The notes under the pieces were generated by a model. The model saw nothing but the letters and a program-made list of their open reading frames with translations, ran no database searches and was not told where the DNA came from. Made by a program: the position numbers and the translations under genes. Below, piece after piece: positions 9,512 through 19,560 of a DNA stretch of 64,000 nucleotides. Numbering within the stretch: the stretch's first letter is position 1; each line of letters begins with the position of its first letter. Location: assembly GCA_965207185.1 (NCBI GenBank), contig OZ242271.1, forward strand, positions 2,726,522-2,790,521, given 5' to 3'. This stretch comes from Chloroflexota bacterium (GTDB lineage Bacteria; Chloroflexota; UBA11872).

Positions 9512-10341
9512 CTACTCCGCGAAATCCAGGCGGGAAGCCCCTGCAGGCCCGCGCCGCGCGTCTGAACCCGCAACGCCGTTTCAAGGCGACGACGCAACTG
9601 GTCCGGTGTGAGATGCCGCTCGAGGCGACCGTCCACGGCCATCGAGATTCCACCTGTCTCCTCGGAGATGATTACCGCCACGGCGTCCGTGGCTTCGGTA
9701 ATGCCCAGGCCGGCGCGGTGCCGAGTCCCGACATGGTCCTGGGGGCCCAATTCATCGCTGAGGGGCAGCATGACGTGCGCGGCCACGACTTCCGTTCCAC
9801 TGAGCAGGATGGCGCCGTCGTGCAACACGGAGCCCGGGTGGAACACGGTAACGAGCAGGTCTCGGGACAGGCTGGCATCCAGGCGAGTGCCGGTACTGGC
9901 GAATTCATCCAAGCCGCCCTGGCGTTGGACGACAATCAATGCACCCCAGAGGCGGGCGGAGAGTTCCTCGGCCGAGCCGACCACCGCGCCGATCATCTGT
10001 TGCGTCTGCTCGGCTGTGACCATGCCAAACGGATGCGCGACCAGCGACCCCGTGCGGCCGACGCGCTCCAGCAGCCGCCGCAATTCGGGCTGAAATACAA
10101 CAATGAGGGCAAACGTCGCCACTAAGAGTCCCTGGTCCAGGATCCAGTTGATGAGTTCAAGCTGGAGCACGCGACCAATGACGAACAGGCCAACGGCCAC
10201 GACGAGCAGGCCGCGGAGCAACTGATCGGCCTGGGTTCCGCGAATCAGCGAGAGGACGGCGTTGAAGAGGAGGGCAATGAGCAGAATCTGAAAGGCGGCG
10301 CCAAAGTCAAACTCACCTGCGAGGTACTCAAGCTGTTCCAC
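9508..10341 (-). CDS. cdaA: Diadenylate cyclase (c-di-AMP synthase), membrane-anchored
   Basis: 277 aa with three N-terminal TMs and a DAC domain: GALIVVQRQGGLDEF ... HDGAILL ... GTRHRAGLGITEATDAVAVIISEETGGISMAV. Confidence 0.9.
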   Translation of the reverse strand: MEQLEYLAGEFDFGAAFQILLIALLFNAVLSLIRGTQADQLLRGLLVVAVGLFVIGRVLQLELINWILDQGLLVATFALIVVFQPELRRLLERVGRTGSLVAHPFGMVTAEQTQQMIGAVVGSAEELSARLWGALIVVQRQGGLDEFASTGTRLDASLSRDLLVTVFHPGSVLHDGAILLSGTEVVAAHVMLPLSDELGPQDHVGTRHRAGLGITEATDAVAVIISEETGGISMAVDGRLERHLTPDQLRRRLETALRVQTRGAGLQGLPAWISRSR

Positions 10342-10382
10342 GCGAGTCGCTTATCGTCAGCGCCGACGGAGTTTCAGTCTAC

Positions 10383-11363
10383 CTAGACTCCCAACTCGTC
10401 AAACGCGGCGTCACCGCGCATGATGGCCACCAACAGCGCCTTCTGGGCGTGCAGACGATTCTCGGCCTGGTCAAACACAATCGACTGGGGGCCATCCAGG
10501 ACGTCGTCCGTCACTTCCTCGCCGCGATGGGCAGGAAGGCAGTGCATGAATACGGCGGTCGGGCCGGCTACGGCCAGCAGGTCGCTATCCACGCGAAATG
10601 GCGCAAAAACCTCGCGGCGTTCGGCAGCCTCGTCTTCCAGGCCCATGCTGACCCAGGCGTCGGTGTAGACGACGTCCGCACCATCCACGGCGGCCTTCGG
10701 ATCGTTTCCGATCTCGATACTGCCGCCGCCTTCCTCGGCGATTTCCTGCGCACGCTCCAGCATGTCTTCGTCGGGCTCGTAGCCGAGCGGCGAGGCCACG
10801 CGGACGTGCATGCCTGATTGGGCTCCGGCAAACAGCAGCGAGTTGCAGACGTTAAAGCCGTCGCCCACGTAGGCCAGCCGCCGCCCAGCGAGCCCGCCCA
10901 GGTGCTCGCGCATCGTAAGCACGTCAGCCAGGGCCTGGCAGGGATGGGAAAGGTCGCTAAGCCCGTTGATCACCGGGATATCGGCCCAGGCCGCCAGCTG
11001 CTCAAGCGTGCGGTGTTCGTATACGCGCGCCATCAGCGCGTCAACCCAGCGTTCCAGGTTGCGCGCGATGTCAGGGATCGACTCGCGTACGCCGATCTGC
11101 GTGTGCTCATTCATGAGGTCGACGGCGAAGCCACCCAGCTGGGACATGCCAACCATGAACGTGGTACGGGTACGCAGCGAGGCTTTCTCGAAGAGCATCG
11201 CCAGGCCGAGGCCCGACAACAGCGGATGCGGCTGGCGGTTGGCCTGCATCGCCTTCAGCTGAGCGGCTCGATCCAGGAGGCCCCGAACCTGGTCGGGCGA
11301 AAGGTCCGCCAGCGTCAGGAAGTCCTGGCCACGCAGATCAGTCCTGGAGGTCTGAATGGTCAA
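10383..11363 (-). CDS. argF: Ornithine carbamoyltransferase
   Basis: 326 aa with motifs SLRTRTTF, HPCQALAD, DAWVSMG and HCLPAHRGEEV. Confidence 0.9.
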   Translation of the reverse strand: MTIQTSRTDLRGQDFLTLADLSPDQVRGLLDRAAQLKAMQANRQPHPLLSGLGLAMLFEKASLRTRTTFMVGMSQLGGFAVDLMNEHTQIGVRESIPDIARNLERWVDALMARVYEHRTLEQLAAWADIPVINGLSDLSHPCQALADVLTMREHLGGLAGRRLAYVGDGFNVCNSLLFAGAQSGMHVRVASPLGYEPDEDMLERAQEIAEEGGGSIEIGNDPKAAVDGADVVYTDAWVSMGLEDEAAERREVFAPFRVDSDLLAVAGPTAVFMHCLPAHRGEEVTDDVLDGPQSIVFDQAENRLHAQKALLVAIMRGDAAFDELGV

Positions 11364-13189
11364 TAGACGTGCTCGAAGTCCACGCCGCTGTAATAGGTGG
11401 CCAGAATCTGCTCGCCGTTGGCTCCGTTCGCGGCCATGGCGTTGGCGCTGCGCAGCGGAAGTCCTATCCCGTGGCCGAGCAAGGTCTGTCCCCGGCTAAA
11501 CGGATCATCAACAGCGAGCGCCCAAGGCTTGACGGGGCCTCCCCATTCCTCGTGCCAACTTCGTGTGCGGCCGTCGGCGCGAGAGAAGTACACCGCGTGG
11601 ATAGTACTGCCCTCGTAGGTCAGCACGCAGCCGCGGGTGTCGCGGACCGCATCCCGCAGGCGGGTGCCGGACAGCTCGCGCGCGTAGCCGTGATAAACCT
11701 GATCGCGCGTGTACAGCGTGGGGGTGTGCCGGGTGGAAGCCGCAACGTCAAAAAGCGCGCCGCTGGCGCGCCGCTGCGTGCGTACGGTGTACGCGTAGGT
11801 GCGAAAGGCGATTGCCGAGGCCCGCAGGGCTTCCCATGGAATGGTGTCGTTCTGTTCCACAAGACCGGAAAGGTAATCGTCCATGGACAAGGTGTTGACG
11901 ACCCAGGCGCTTCGGTAGTTGGCCAGCCAAGCGAATTCCATGGATCCTCGATAGGTGCGCTGAGGGGCGGTTTCCTCAAGCCGGAGCCGCGACTCCTCGG
12001 CAGGATCTATCAGCACTTTGCCGACGGTCTGGAGCTGGCTGCCGTCCGGAAGGTCGAGCAGATGTACTTCGTTGGCAATGTCGCGGCGGATGACCACGCG
12101 CTCGTCCGCGTCGAGTTGCCCAAGAACCGTGCCGCCCTCGTCACGAATCTCAAGTCCCCCGGTCGAGAAGATCGTGGCTTGGTGGACGCCCGGGTTGTCG
12201 TCGCTGATGTCCAGGAGTCCAACGCGGATGTCGGGAGTGGCGAGACGGGCTGGAGCATCGACGATCGGCGCGGACACGGCCAGAGCCGTGAACCACTCAC
12301 CGCCGGTTTGCAGATCGGGCTGGAGCCGGAACGGACCCGGGACCGCAGGCAGCTGTACCGGGATGTCGAGCGTTGCCGATCCACCGGGGGCAATGTCTTC
12401 GGAGAGGGAAGCGGCTGTAGGGGTAACGCGAGTTGCGGGTGCATTCGAGTCGGCCCAACGTAGGCCGACCTTTACGGCATCGTCACCAGTCGCCGCCCAG
12501 GTGCCCTCACCGGAGTTTTTGACCGTCACGCGCAGAGACATCAACGTGCCGGGCGTCTGTTCCTGGATGGGAGCGACGGTGTAGCTGGCGTCGATGCCGT
12601 CGGTGAGGGAGGCCAGGTACGTTCGACCGATGGGTTCGATCTGGATCGGCACGTCGCGCGTCGACAGGTAGCTGAGCTTGCCGCGCTGAAAGAATTGGAC
12701 CGTAGCCCCCCCGGCCTCGGGTACTTCCTCGGAGATCGGCAGCCCAAGCAGTTCGGCTCGTCCCAGGCGATTCCAGAAGTCCAGAAAGCCGAAGCGGACC
12801 GAGTGACGGGTCTGCCAGATGTACTCCACGGTGGCTTCGCTGCGAAACGGCGCGATCTGGCGAAAGTAGCGCCCGCCCGAGACCAGCTCGCCCAGCAGCG
12901 CCGGCTGAACCTCGTACTGAGTCCCGGCGTTATCGGGCCAGTGCTCAAGCAGAAAGTTTGCGAAGAGTTGCGCGGAGCGACTGTTGCGTTCAAAGCGATT
13001 CGTGATGGGATCGCCGACGACTGCAACGCCTCCCACTCTTTCAACAAAGTTCGCGAAGAGCGGGTCGATCGTTGCGTCCGACGCCGCGGCGACATCAGCC
13101 AGGACCCGAGCGGCCGGCGCCGAGGCCAATCCGACGGCACCGAGGGCGGCAGCCCGGCCGAGCCTTCGCCGTGAAAATTGTCGAGACAT
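11360..13189 (-). CDS. SpoIID/LytB-domain protein with Tat-type signal
   Basis: The C-terminal SpoIID region includes YLSGLVEQNDTIPWEALRASAIAFRTYAY and VYHGY. The start is set at ATG 13189 (MSRQFSRRRLGRAAALGAVGLASAPA), inside the longer ORF-track call. Confidence 0.75.
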   Translation of the reverse strand: MSRQFSRRRLGRAAALGAVGLASAPAARVLADVAAASDATIDPLFANFVERVGGVAVVGDPITNRFERNSRSAQLFANFLLEHWPDNAGTQYEVQPALLGELVSGGRYFRQIAPFRSEATVEYIWQTRHSVRFGFLDFWNRLGRAELLGLPISEEVPEAGGATVQFFQRGKLSYLSTRDVPIQIEPIGRTYLASLTDGIDASYTVAPIQEQTPGTLMSLRVTVKNSGEGTWAATGDDAVKVGLRWADSNAPATRVTPTAASLSEDIAPGGSATLDIPVQLPAVPGPFRLQPDLQTGGEWFTALAVSAPIVDAPARLATPDIRVGLLDISDDNPGVHQATIFSTGGLEIRDEGGTVLGQLDADERVVIRRDIANEVHLLDLPDGSQLQTVGKVLIDPAEESRLRLEETAPQRTYRGSMEFAWLANYRSAWVVNTLSMDDYLSGLVEQNDTIPWEALRASAIAFRTYAYTVRTQRRASGALFDVAASTRHTPTLYTRDQVYHGYARELSGTRLRDAVRDTRGCVLTYEGSTIHAVYFSRADGRTRSWHEEWGGPVKPWALAVDDPFSRGQTLLGHGIGLPLRSANAMAANGANGEQILATYYSGVDFEHVY

Positions 13190-13332
13190 AGGGAGACAAG
13201 CGTAACGGGTGCGTGACTGGATTTGGGTTACATCTCTCACCGAAAGGAATTCCTGTGCTGCCTCGGGCGAGCCCCTCAGTGACGGTAAATCCGCACCCCG
13301 ACCGTGAGAACAAACGTCGGCATACTGACGAC

Positions 13333-14514
13333 GTGACGCAAAGCGCGTGTTCTTACATCTATCTCGATCACGCCGCGACTACGCCGTTGGATCCGGCCGT
13401 GTTCGAAGCCATGCGGCCGTTCTTCTGGTCGGAGGCAGGCAATCCGTCGAGCGTGCATGCGGTCGGGCGACGCGCACGCGAGGCCGTAGACACCGCGCGT
13501 GAACAAATCGCGAGCGTTCTGGGTTGTAAGCCCGGCGAGGTGATCTTTACAAGCGGCGGCACGGAGGCGGACAACCTGGCGCTGATAGGTCTGGCCCGAG
13601 CCGAAGCGGAGCGCGGCCGACACATCGTGACCACGGCAATTGAACACCACGCCGTCCTCTTCGCAGCCCGCGCGCTGCAGGCACGCGGGTTCGACGTGAC
13701 GGAGCTGGCGGTCGATCAGAACGGCCGGGTGGATCCAGGTGAGTTGGCCGCGGCTGTTCGTGCGGACACGATCCTCGTGAGCATCGGTCTGGCGAACAAC
13801 GAGATCGGGACGATCCAGGACCTGCCGTTGCTGGCGCGAATCGCGCACGAAGCCGGCGCGCGCGTGCATACAGACGCGGTGCAGGCGGCCGGTCAACTCG
13901 ACATAAACGTTGATCGACTTGGAGTTGACCTGTTAAGTTTGTCCGCACACAAGCTCTACGGCCCCAAAGGGGTCGGCGCGTTGTTCGTACGCGAAGGCGT
14001 GAGCGTAAAGCGACGGGCTTTTGGCGGGGCGCAGGAACGCGACCGCCGAGCGGGGACCGAAAACGTGCCGGGAATCGTAGGTTTTGGCGAAGCCCTGATT
14101 CGCGCGGAGTCCGATCGCGAACGACGGACCGCGCAGATGCGCTGGTTGAGTGTGGCGCTCATGGAGCGCGTGACGGCCCAATGTCCCGAGACACGCATAA
14201 CCGGCGACCCTGAGCGGCGATTGCCGGCGTTCGCATCCTTTGCGTTCGCGGACATTGACGCCGAGTCGTTGCTGATTCGTTTGGACCTGGAGGAGATTGC
14301 CGTTTCAACCGGGGCAGCCTGTACCTCGGGATCGCTGGAGCCATCGCATGTGGTCCAGGCGTTGGGGCTGCCGGATCGCTATCAGCGAGGTTCGCTGCGC
14401 TGCACGGTTGGCCGAAGCACGACGTCCAATGAGATCGCTCGGGCCGGCGACGCGATCGTGCGGCACGTAGCGGCACTGCGCGACGTAGCGGCGGCGCCGT
14501 CAGGGGCGGCCTAG
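13333..14514 (+). CDS. Cysteine desulfurase (class V aminotransferase, NifS/IscS type)
   Basis: YIYLDHAATTPLDP, FTSGGTEADNLA, SLSAHKLYGPKGVGALF (PLP Lys) and a C-terminal GAACTSGS. The start is probably GTG 13333 rather than the ORF-track 13213. Confidence 0.85.
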   Translation: MTQSACSYIYLDHAATTPLDPAVFEAMRPFFWSEAGNPSSVHAVGRRAREAVDTAREQIASVLGCKPGEVIFTSGGTEADNLALIGLARAEAERGRHIVTTAIEHHAVLFAARALQARGFDVTELAVDQNGRVDPGELAAAVRADTILVSIGLANNEIGTIQDLPLLARIAHEAGARVHTDAVQAAGQLDINVDRLGVDLLSLSAHKLYGPKGVGALFVREGVSVKRRAFGGAQERDRRAGTENVPGIVGFGEALIRAESDRERRTAQMRWLSVALMERVTAQCPETRITGDPERRLPAFASFAFADIDAESLLIRLDLEEIAVSTGAACTSGSLEPSHVVQALGLPDRYQRGSLRCTVGRSTTSNEIARAGDAIVRHVAALRDVAAAPSGAA

Positions 14515-14516
14515 GC

Positions 14517-14783
14517 ATGGACGTGTTGTTCGTGATTCCGCCGTCGGTATACCTGGGCTTGCTATTGGCCACGTTCATTAGCTTTACGTTCCATGCGGTG
14601 ATCGGTCGGCGGCAGAACTCGGGGTTCTTCTACTGGCCGTTTGGCGTTGCCGGGTTCGCGGGAGGGGCGCTGGCCGCCGGTGCAATCGGCGCCACCTACA
14701 TGGCGATTGGCGGCCTGCCGATTCTGGGAGCATTCGTGGGATGTGTGGTGGGCTTGCTGGTGGCCCACCTGGTGCTGACATGA
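14517..14783 (+). CDS. Small hydrophobic membrane protein, unknown function
   Basis: 88 aa with about 3 predicted TM helices. The ATG is 2 nt after the desulfurase stop. I recognise no family. Confidence 0.4.
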   Translation: MDVLFVIPPSVYLGLLLATFISFTFHAVIGRRQNSGFFYWPFGVAGFAGGALAAGAIGATYMAIGGLPILGAFVGCVVGLLVAHLVLT

Positions 14784-15114
14784 CTCCCGGAGCGTCTCGG
14801 GACGCGGCGGTACCTGGTGAAATCGCGCCGTTCCGCGGAGGAAAACTGTGCTAGCTTTTCGGGGCACGATGTGTTCAAGGTGGTCGGACAATGGTCGTCC
14901 GGCTTGCCAAACTGACTTTTGGATTCTTGATCGGCCTGGCCGCGGGATATGCATTGCGTGCGATGCATCCGGAGGCGGTGGCCGATCGAGTGACGGAGGA
15001 GTTTCGATAGCGCAGGCATAACCCAGGGCTCGCATTTTCTTTAAGGCTGATCGGGAGGCAGCTTCCGTCGGTCTTTCTTTGTTTTGCGGGCCTGGCCGGC
15101 CTGGGGACCACCCG

Positions 15115-17736
15115 ATGAATACCGCCGAAATACGCGACCACTACCTTCGGTTCTTTGCCGAACGCGGCCACCGTGTGCTGCCCAGCTCGTCGTTGGTGCC
15201 GGTGGGCGATCCGAGCGTGCTTCTTACCTCGGCGGGCATGCAGCAGTTCAAGCCGTACTTCAGCGGTGAGCGTCCCTCGGCCTATCCACGAATCGCCACG
15301 GTGCAGAAGTGCTTCCGGACGACGGATCTTGACGAGGTCGGTGACCTTAGCCACCTCACGTTCTTCGAAATGCTTGGCAATTTCAGCTTTGGCGACTACT
15401 TCAAGGCGGAGGCGATCACCTGGGCACGCGAGCTAGTGCAGGACGTGATCGGGATCGAGCCGGTCCGAGTGTGGGCCACGGTGTACGAAGGCAGCCCGGG
15501 CGTGCCGCGGGACGAGGAAGCGGCGGATATCTGGGCGGACCTGGGCCATCCGCGCGAGCGCATCGCATATGCGGGCGAGGACAACTTCTGGGGGCCGACG
15601 GGCGATAGCGGCCCTTGCGGTCCGACGACCGAGATTCACATCAACCTACGGCCCGAATTGCCTGACGTCGGACCGCTGGCGGCGCCCGAGCAGTATCTCG
15701 AGATTTGGAACCTTGTATTCAACCAGTACTTCAAGTCGGCGGATGGTGAACTGACGCCGCTGGAGAAGCACGGGGTGGACACCGGGGCCGGCCTGGAACG
15801 CTGGGCCGTGGTGCTGCAGGGTGTCAACTCGATTTACGAGACGGATACCTGGCGGCCGCTGGTACATACGGCGGCGGGTCAGTCGGGACTGGAATACGAG
15901 GCCGAGCGCGAGAGCGGGCGGTCGCTACGGGTCATCGCGCAGCATAGCCGGGCAGCAGCGTTCCTGATTGGCGACGGGGTTATGCCAGGCAACGAGGGCC
16001 GCGGCTACATCCTGCGGCGCAGCATCCGTCAGGGTGTGCGCCACGCACGGCAGCTGGGCATTGAGGCGGACGCCCTGGCTCCAGTGGTTGCGACGGCCAT
16101 CGACGTGATGTCCGAGGAGGGCTACGACGACTTGCTGCCGCGGGCGGAATTTATCCGCAGCGTGGTCAGCGACGAGGAGCAGCGCTTTCGCCGGACGCTG
16201 GACGCCGGAGTGGCGCGGCTGGACGACTTGCTGTCGACCGTGTCGCCCGGTGGGCAGGTCGAAGGTGCACGGATGTTCGAGCTATATGACACGTTTGGAT
16301 TTCCCCCGGACATTACGAAGGACATTGCGTCCGCACGGGGCGTGGGCGTAGACGAAGCCGGCTTTGAGTCCGCGCTGGCGGAGCAGCAGGCACGCAGCCG
16401 CGCGGCGCAGTCCGACGGACAGGCGCACGAGTTGCCGTCCGGTTTCGGGGAATCGATGTTCCTGGGTTACGACTTTGTGACGGAGGCTGAAGGCACGATC
16501 GTGGCGCTGGCGCGTGACGGCGAACTGCTGGACGCAGCCACGAGTGGCGGCCACGTGATGATCGTGCTGGACCAGACGCCGTTCTATGGGGAGGCCGGCG
16601 GTCAGGTCGGTGATTCAGGGGTTCTTACAGGCCCCGACGGCGAGGCTCGTGTTACCGACACACTCAAAAACCCCGAGGGCACGGTGGTGATGGTCGCCGA
16701 GGTGACGCAGGGACAACTCGCGGTGGGCGAGCGCGTACGGGCTCGCGTTGACCGCGAGCGGCGCTTCAACATCATGCGCAATCACACGGCAACTCACCTC
16801 TTGCACGCGGGCCTGCGGCGGACGCTGGGCGATCACGTGCGCCAGGCGGGCTCGCTGGTGGCGCCGGACCGGCTACGGTTCGACTTCACGAATCCGGCAC
16901 CCGTGACCGATGACGAGTTGCGACAAATCCAACAGTGGGTGAACTCGCAGATTCTTGAGGACTACCACTTGGTCACCGAGTTGACCGAGGTGCAGGCGGC
17001 GGTGGAAGCCGGGGCCATGGCGCTGTTCGGCGAAAAATATGGCGAAGTGGTGCGCATGGTGCGGATGGGCGACGTGAGCCGTGAACTGTGCGGCGGCACA
17101 CACTGTGTATCCAGCAATCAGATCGGACTCTTCGCCATCGTGCAAGAAGGCGGGATCGCGGCGGGTGTCCGCCGTATCGAAGCCGTGACCGGCGCGGGAG
17201 CGGTGGAGTTGGTGGAGCGCAACCAGGATCTGCTGGCCGGGATTGCCCGTCAGCTTGAGTCTGCGCCGGCGGAGACGCCGGAACGCGTAGAACGGCTGCT
17301 CAGTCAGCAGGCCGACTTGCGGCGACGATTGCAGGCCGCTGAGCGGGCCGAGGCCCGGCGGCAGGCTGAACAGCTGGCGGCGGAGTCGGTGTCGGTTGGC
17401 CCAATTTCGCTGGTTGCCGCCAATACGTCGGCGGCCAATCGTGACGCGCTACGCGAGTTGAGCGACGATTTGCGCCAGCGGCTGGCACCGCCCTGGGTGA
17501 TTGTGCTGGCGGCCACGATCGAAGGACGTCCGGCGTTCGTTGCCGCGGCGTCGGACGACGCTGTGGCCGCAGGGATTAATGCCGGGGCGCTGGCACGTGC
17601 CATGGCGCAAACGGCCGGTGGAGGCGGTGGGGGCCGGCCGGAACTGGCCATGGCCGGAGGCAAGGACCCATCGCGGATTCCGGCGGCGCTGGAGGCTGGT
17701 CGCGCTTACGTGATGAATGCGGCGGCTGGGACATGA
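15115..17736 (+). CDS. alaS: Alanine--tRNA ligase
   Basis: Starts MNTAEIRDHYLRFFAERGH, then FKPYF, FFEMLGNFSFGDYFK, the editing-domain HTATHLL and a C-terminal DHHA1-like GGGGG. The start is ATG 15115. Confidence 0.95.
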   Translation: MNTAEIRDHYLRFFAERGHRVLPSSSLVPVGDPSVLLTSAGMQQFKPYFSGERPSAYPRIATVQKCFRTTDLDEVGDLSHLTFFEMLGNFSFGDYFKAEAITWARELVQDVIGIEPVRVWATVYEGSPGVPRDEEAADIWADLGHPRERIAYAGEDNFWGPTGDSGPCGPTTEIHINLRPELPDVGPLAAPEQYLEIWNLVFNQYFKSADGELTPLEKHGVDTGAGLERWAVVLQGVNSIYETDTWRPLVHTAAGQSGLEYEAERESGRSLRVIAQHSRAAAFLIGDGVMPGNEGRGYILRRSIRQGVRHARQLGIEADALAPVVATAIDVMSEEGYDDLLPRAEFIRSVVSDEEQRFRRTLDAGVARLDDLLSTVSPGGQVEGARMFELYDTFGFPPDITKDIASARGVGVDEAGFESALAEQQARSRAAQSDGQAHELPSGFGESMFLGYDFVTEAEGTIVALARDGELLDAATSGGHVMIVLDQTPFYGEAGGQVGDSGVLTGPDGEARVTDTLKNPEGTVVMVAEVTQGQLAVGERVRARVDRERRFNIMRNHTATHLLHAGLRRTLGDHVRQAGSLVAPDRLRFDFTNPAPVTDDELRQIQQWVNSQILEDYHLVTELTEVQAAVEAGAMALFGEKYGEVVRMVRMGDVSRELCGGTHCVSSNQIGLFAIVQEGGIAAGVRRIEAVTGAGAVELVERNQDLLAGIARQLESAPAETPERVERLLSQQADLRRRLQAAERAEARRQAEQLAAESVSVGPISLVAANTSAANRDALRELSDDLRQRLAPPWVIVLAATIEGRPAFVAAASDDAVAAGINAGALARAMAQTAGGGGGGRPELAMAGGKDPSRIPAALEAGRAYVMNAAAGT

Positions 17737-19139
17737 GGGCCGTGCGGGAGCGGCGACCAGACGTGGTGCGACGGGTCTACATCCCCGAGGCCGGAATCAA
17801 CCGGCCGCGCGTCCATAGCCCACCGCGGCCAAGCGGCCAGAGATCCGCAGGCGCCAATCGCGGCGTGGTGTTCGAGCGACTCTCGATGGATGCTTCGATT
17901 CCGAAGTCAACGACCTGGCGTCTCTCTGGGTCGCCGGTGGCCTCGGTCCGGCTCTGGCGCGAGCCGGTGTCGCGCCTGGCAATGGTGGCAGTTGTGGGTG
18001 GGTTGGCGGCGATCTTGATAGTCGTGGTGGCGTTTCAGTACTTCGTTGCGCCGTCTAGCACGGTCGTGGTGGTGCCGGAGGCGAAGCGGCTGCCGATCGA
18101 CGCGACGGTGCGAGTCGATCCAGACGCAGGTTCGGTGGACGTCGAGCGCGGCATCGTGCCGGCGACCGTAATGGACGCGACGGTGTCGGACACGCTGACA
18201 AAGCCGACGACCGGACGCCGTCGTGAGGCGCAGGGCGTAGCGACGGGCTTTGTGACGATACGCAATCGGACGCGGCAGGCGGTGGTTCTACCGGTGGGAA
18301 CGCGGGTGCTGACGGCTGACCGGACAGGATTTCTCACGGATGCGGAATTCCTGGTGCCGCCCACGCTGCAAGTCGGGGGTCGTGATGTGCCTGGTGAGGC
18401 CATCGTGGCGGTCACCGCGGAGGCCCCGGGCCTGGCGGGGAACGCGCCGGCGCTGGCGATTACGACGGTGGACGGTCCATTTGGCGGCGCGCTGGAGGCG
18501 TATAACCCGCAGCCGCTGGAGGGTGGCTCGGAACTGGAAGTGGCGCTGGTGTCGCAACGCGACCTCAGCGAATTGGACGCGCTGTTGACGGAGCGCTTGC
18601 AGAGCGCGGCTATCGAGCACCTGCGGCGTGACCGCCCGGCGAACCAGACGCTGATCGTGTGGTCGCCAGCCACCGGCAACCCCCAGATTCTGCGGCGCGA
18701 ATTCAGCGCCGCGCCGGACGAGCATGCGACCGACCTCTCGCTCTCGATGGAGATTCGGGCACTGGGAACGGCTTTCTCGACGGAGGATTTGGAAGCCGTG
18801 CTGCGGCGGCGTCTGCGGGATTCGCTGGAGGGGCAGACGTTCGAGATCGACTCGGTTCGCTTGGTCGATACGGAAGTGCTGGGCGAAAGCCAAGGCGTGC
18901 TGGATCTGCGGGTGCAAGCAGTTGCGGAAGCCGTGGATACGATCGACCACAACCAGATCCGCAACACGGCGGCCGGGCAGTCGCTGGGCGCAGGGCTGCA
19001 AGCGCTGCGAGCGCTGCCAGGGGTGGACGAGGTGACGGTGACGCACGACCCGACCGATACGTCCAACTTTCCGAGGATCGGATTTCGCATCGATGTCCAG
19101 GTCGAAGCGCCGCAACCAATCGCAATTTCGACTCCATGA
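17733..19139 (+). CDS. Membrane-anchored protein with a baseplate J/gp47-like segment
   Basis: 468 aa. The ATG overlaps the alaS TGA (ATGA). One TM (LAMVAVVGGLAAILIVVVAF). The segment AEAPGLAGNAPALAITTVDGPFGGALEAYNPQPLEGGSELE resembles the G..GN ... N..P..GG.d.E signature of baseplate J. Confidence 0.5.
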   Translation: MRAVRERRPDVVRRVYIPEAGINRPRVHSPPRPSGQRSAGANRGVVFERLSMDASIPKSTTWRLSGSPVASVRLWREPVSRLAMVAVVGGLAAILIVVVAFQYFVAPSSTVVVVPEAKRLPIDATVRVDPDAGSVDVERGIVPATVMDATVSDTLTKPTTGRRREAQGVATGFVTIRNRTRQAVVLPVGTRVLTADRTGFLTDAEFLVPPTLQVGGRDVPGEAIVAVTAEAPGLAGNAPALAITTVDGPFGGALEAYNPQPLEGGSELEVALVSQRDLSELDALLTERLQSAAIEHLRRDRPANQTLIVWSPATGNPQILRREFSAAPDEHATDLSLSMEIRALGTAFSTEDLEAVLRRRLRDSLEGQTFEIDSVRLVDTEVLGESQGVLDLRVQAVAEAVDTIDHNQIRNTAAGQSLGAGLQALRALPGVDEVTVTHDPTDTSNFPRIGFRIDVQVEAPQPIAISTP

Positions 19140-19173
19140 CCCTGAGCTCCCGCCACCGCCGCTGGGACGGCGG

Positions 19174-19560
19174 GTGGGAGCGCTGGACCTTGGGGAGCGA
19201 CGGATTGGCATGGCGATGACGGATGCGGGCGGCTCGTTCGTGTCGATGCGGCAGGTTCTGACGCGATCCGGGACGAACAGCGACTCGGCGGCGTTAGGGG
19301 CAATTCTGGATGCCTACCCCGGCGCAACATTAGTGATTGGACTGCCGTTAAACACGGACGGAACGGAAAACGCTCAGGCCACGCGCAGCCGTCGCTGGGC
19401 TGCACAGCTCCTCCGGGGGCGCAACGAGCCCGTGGTTTGGAAGGACGAGCATTTGACCACGCAGGCCGCAAGGCAGGGAGGCGCGGGCGCCGCCGACGTG
19501 GACGCCCGGGCCGCGGAACTACTTCTGCTGGATTACCTCAGGAGTCGGACCTCATGCTGA
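19174..19560 (+). CDS. ruvX: Holliday junction resolvase-like / pre-16S rRNA nuclease YqgF
   Basis: VGALDLGERRIGMAMTD ... LVIGLPLNTDGTE ... DEHLTT. The start is probably GTG 19174; the ORF-track start at 19093 overlaps the upstream gene. Confidence 0.85.
   Translation: MGALDLGERRIGMAMTDAGGSFVSMRQVLTRSGTNSDSAALGAILDAYPGATLVIGLPLNTDGTENAQATRSRRWAAQLLRGRNEPVVWKDEHLTTQAARQGGAGAADVDARAAELLLLDYLRSRTSC

Noticed and set aside
14891-15010. A 39-aa ORF with one TM helix (MVVRLAKLTFGFLIGLAAGYALRAMHPEAVADRVTEEFR) in the alaS upstream spacer.
   Set aside because: It is too short and has no RBS or family support. It is noted but not called as a gene.
14784-15114. A T-box or other leader upstream of alaS (GGUACC-containing segment).
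   Set aside because: Only a 6-nt resemblance to the T-box sequence, located about 300 nt from the start, with no specifier/antiterminator arrangement visible.
17733-19139. A prophage or tailocin remnant, suggested by the baseplate-J-like motif.
   Set aside because: No other phage structural, integrase or lysis genes are nearby, and the gene is embedded in and translationally coupled to a core operon.
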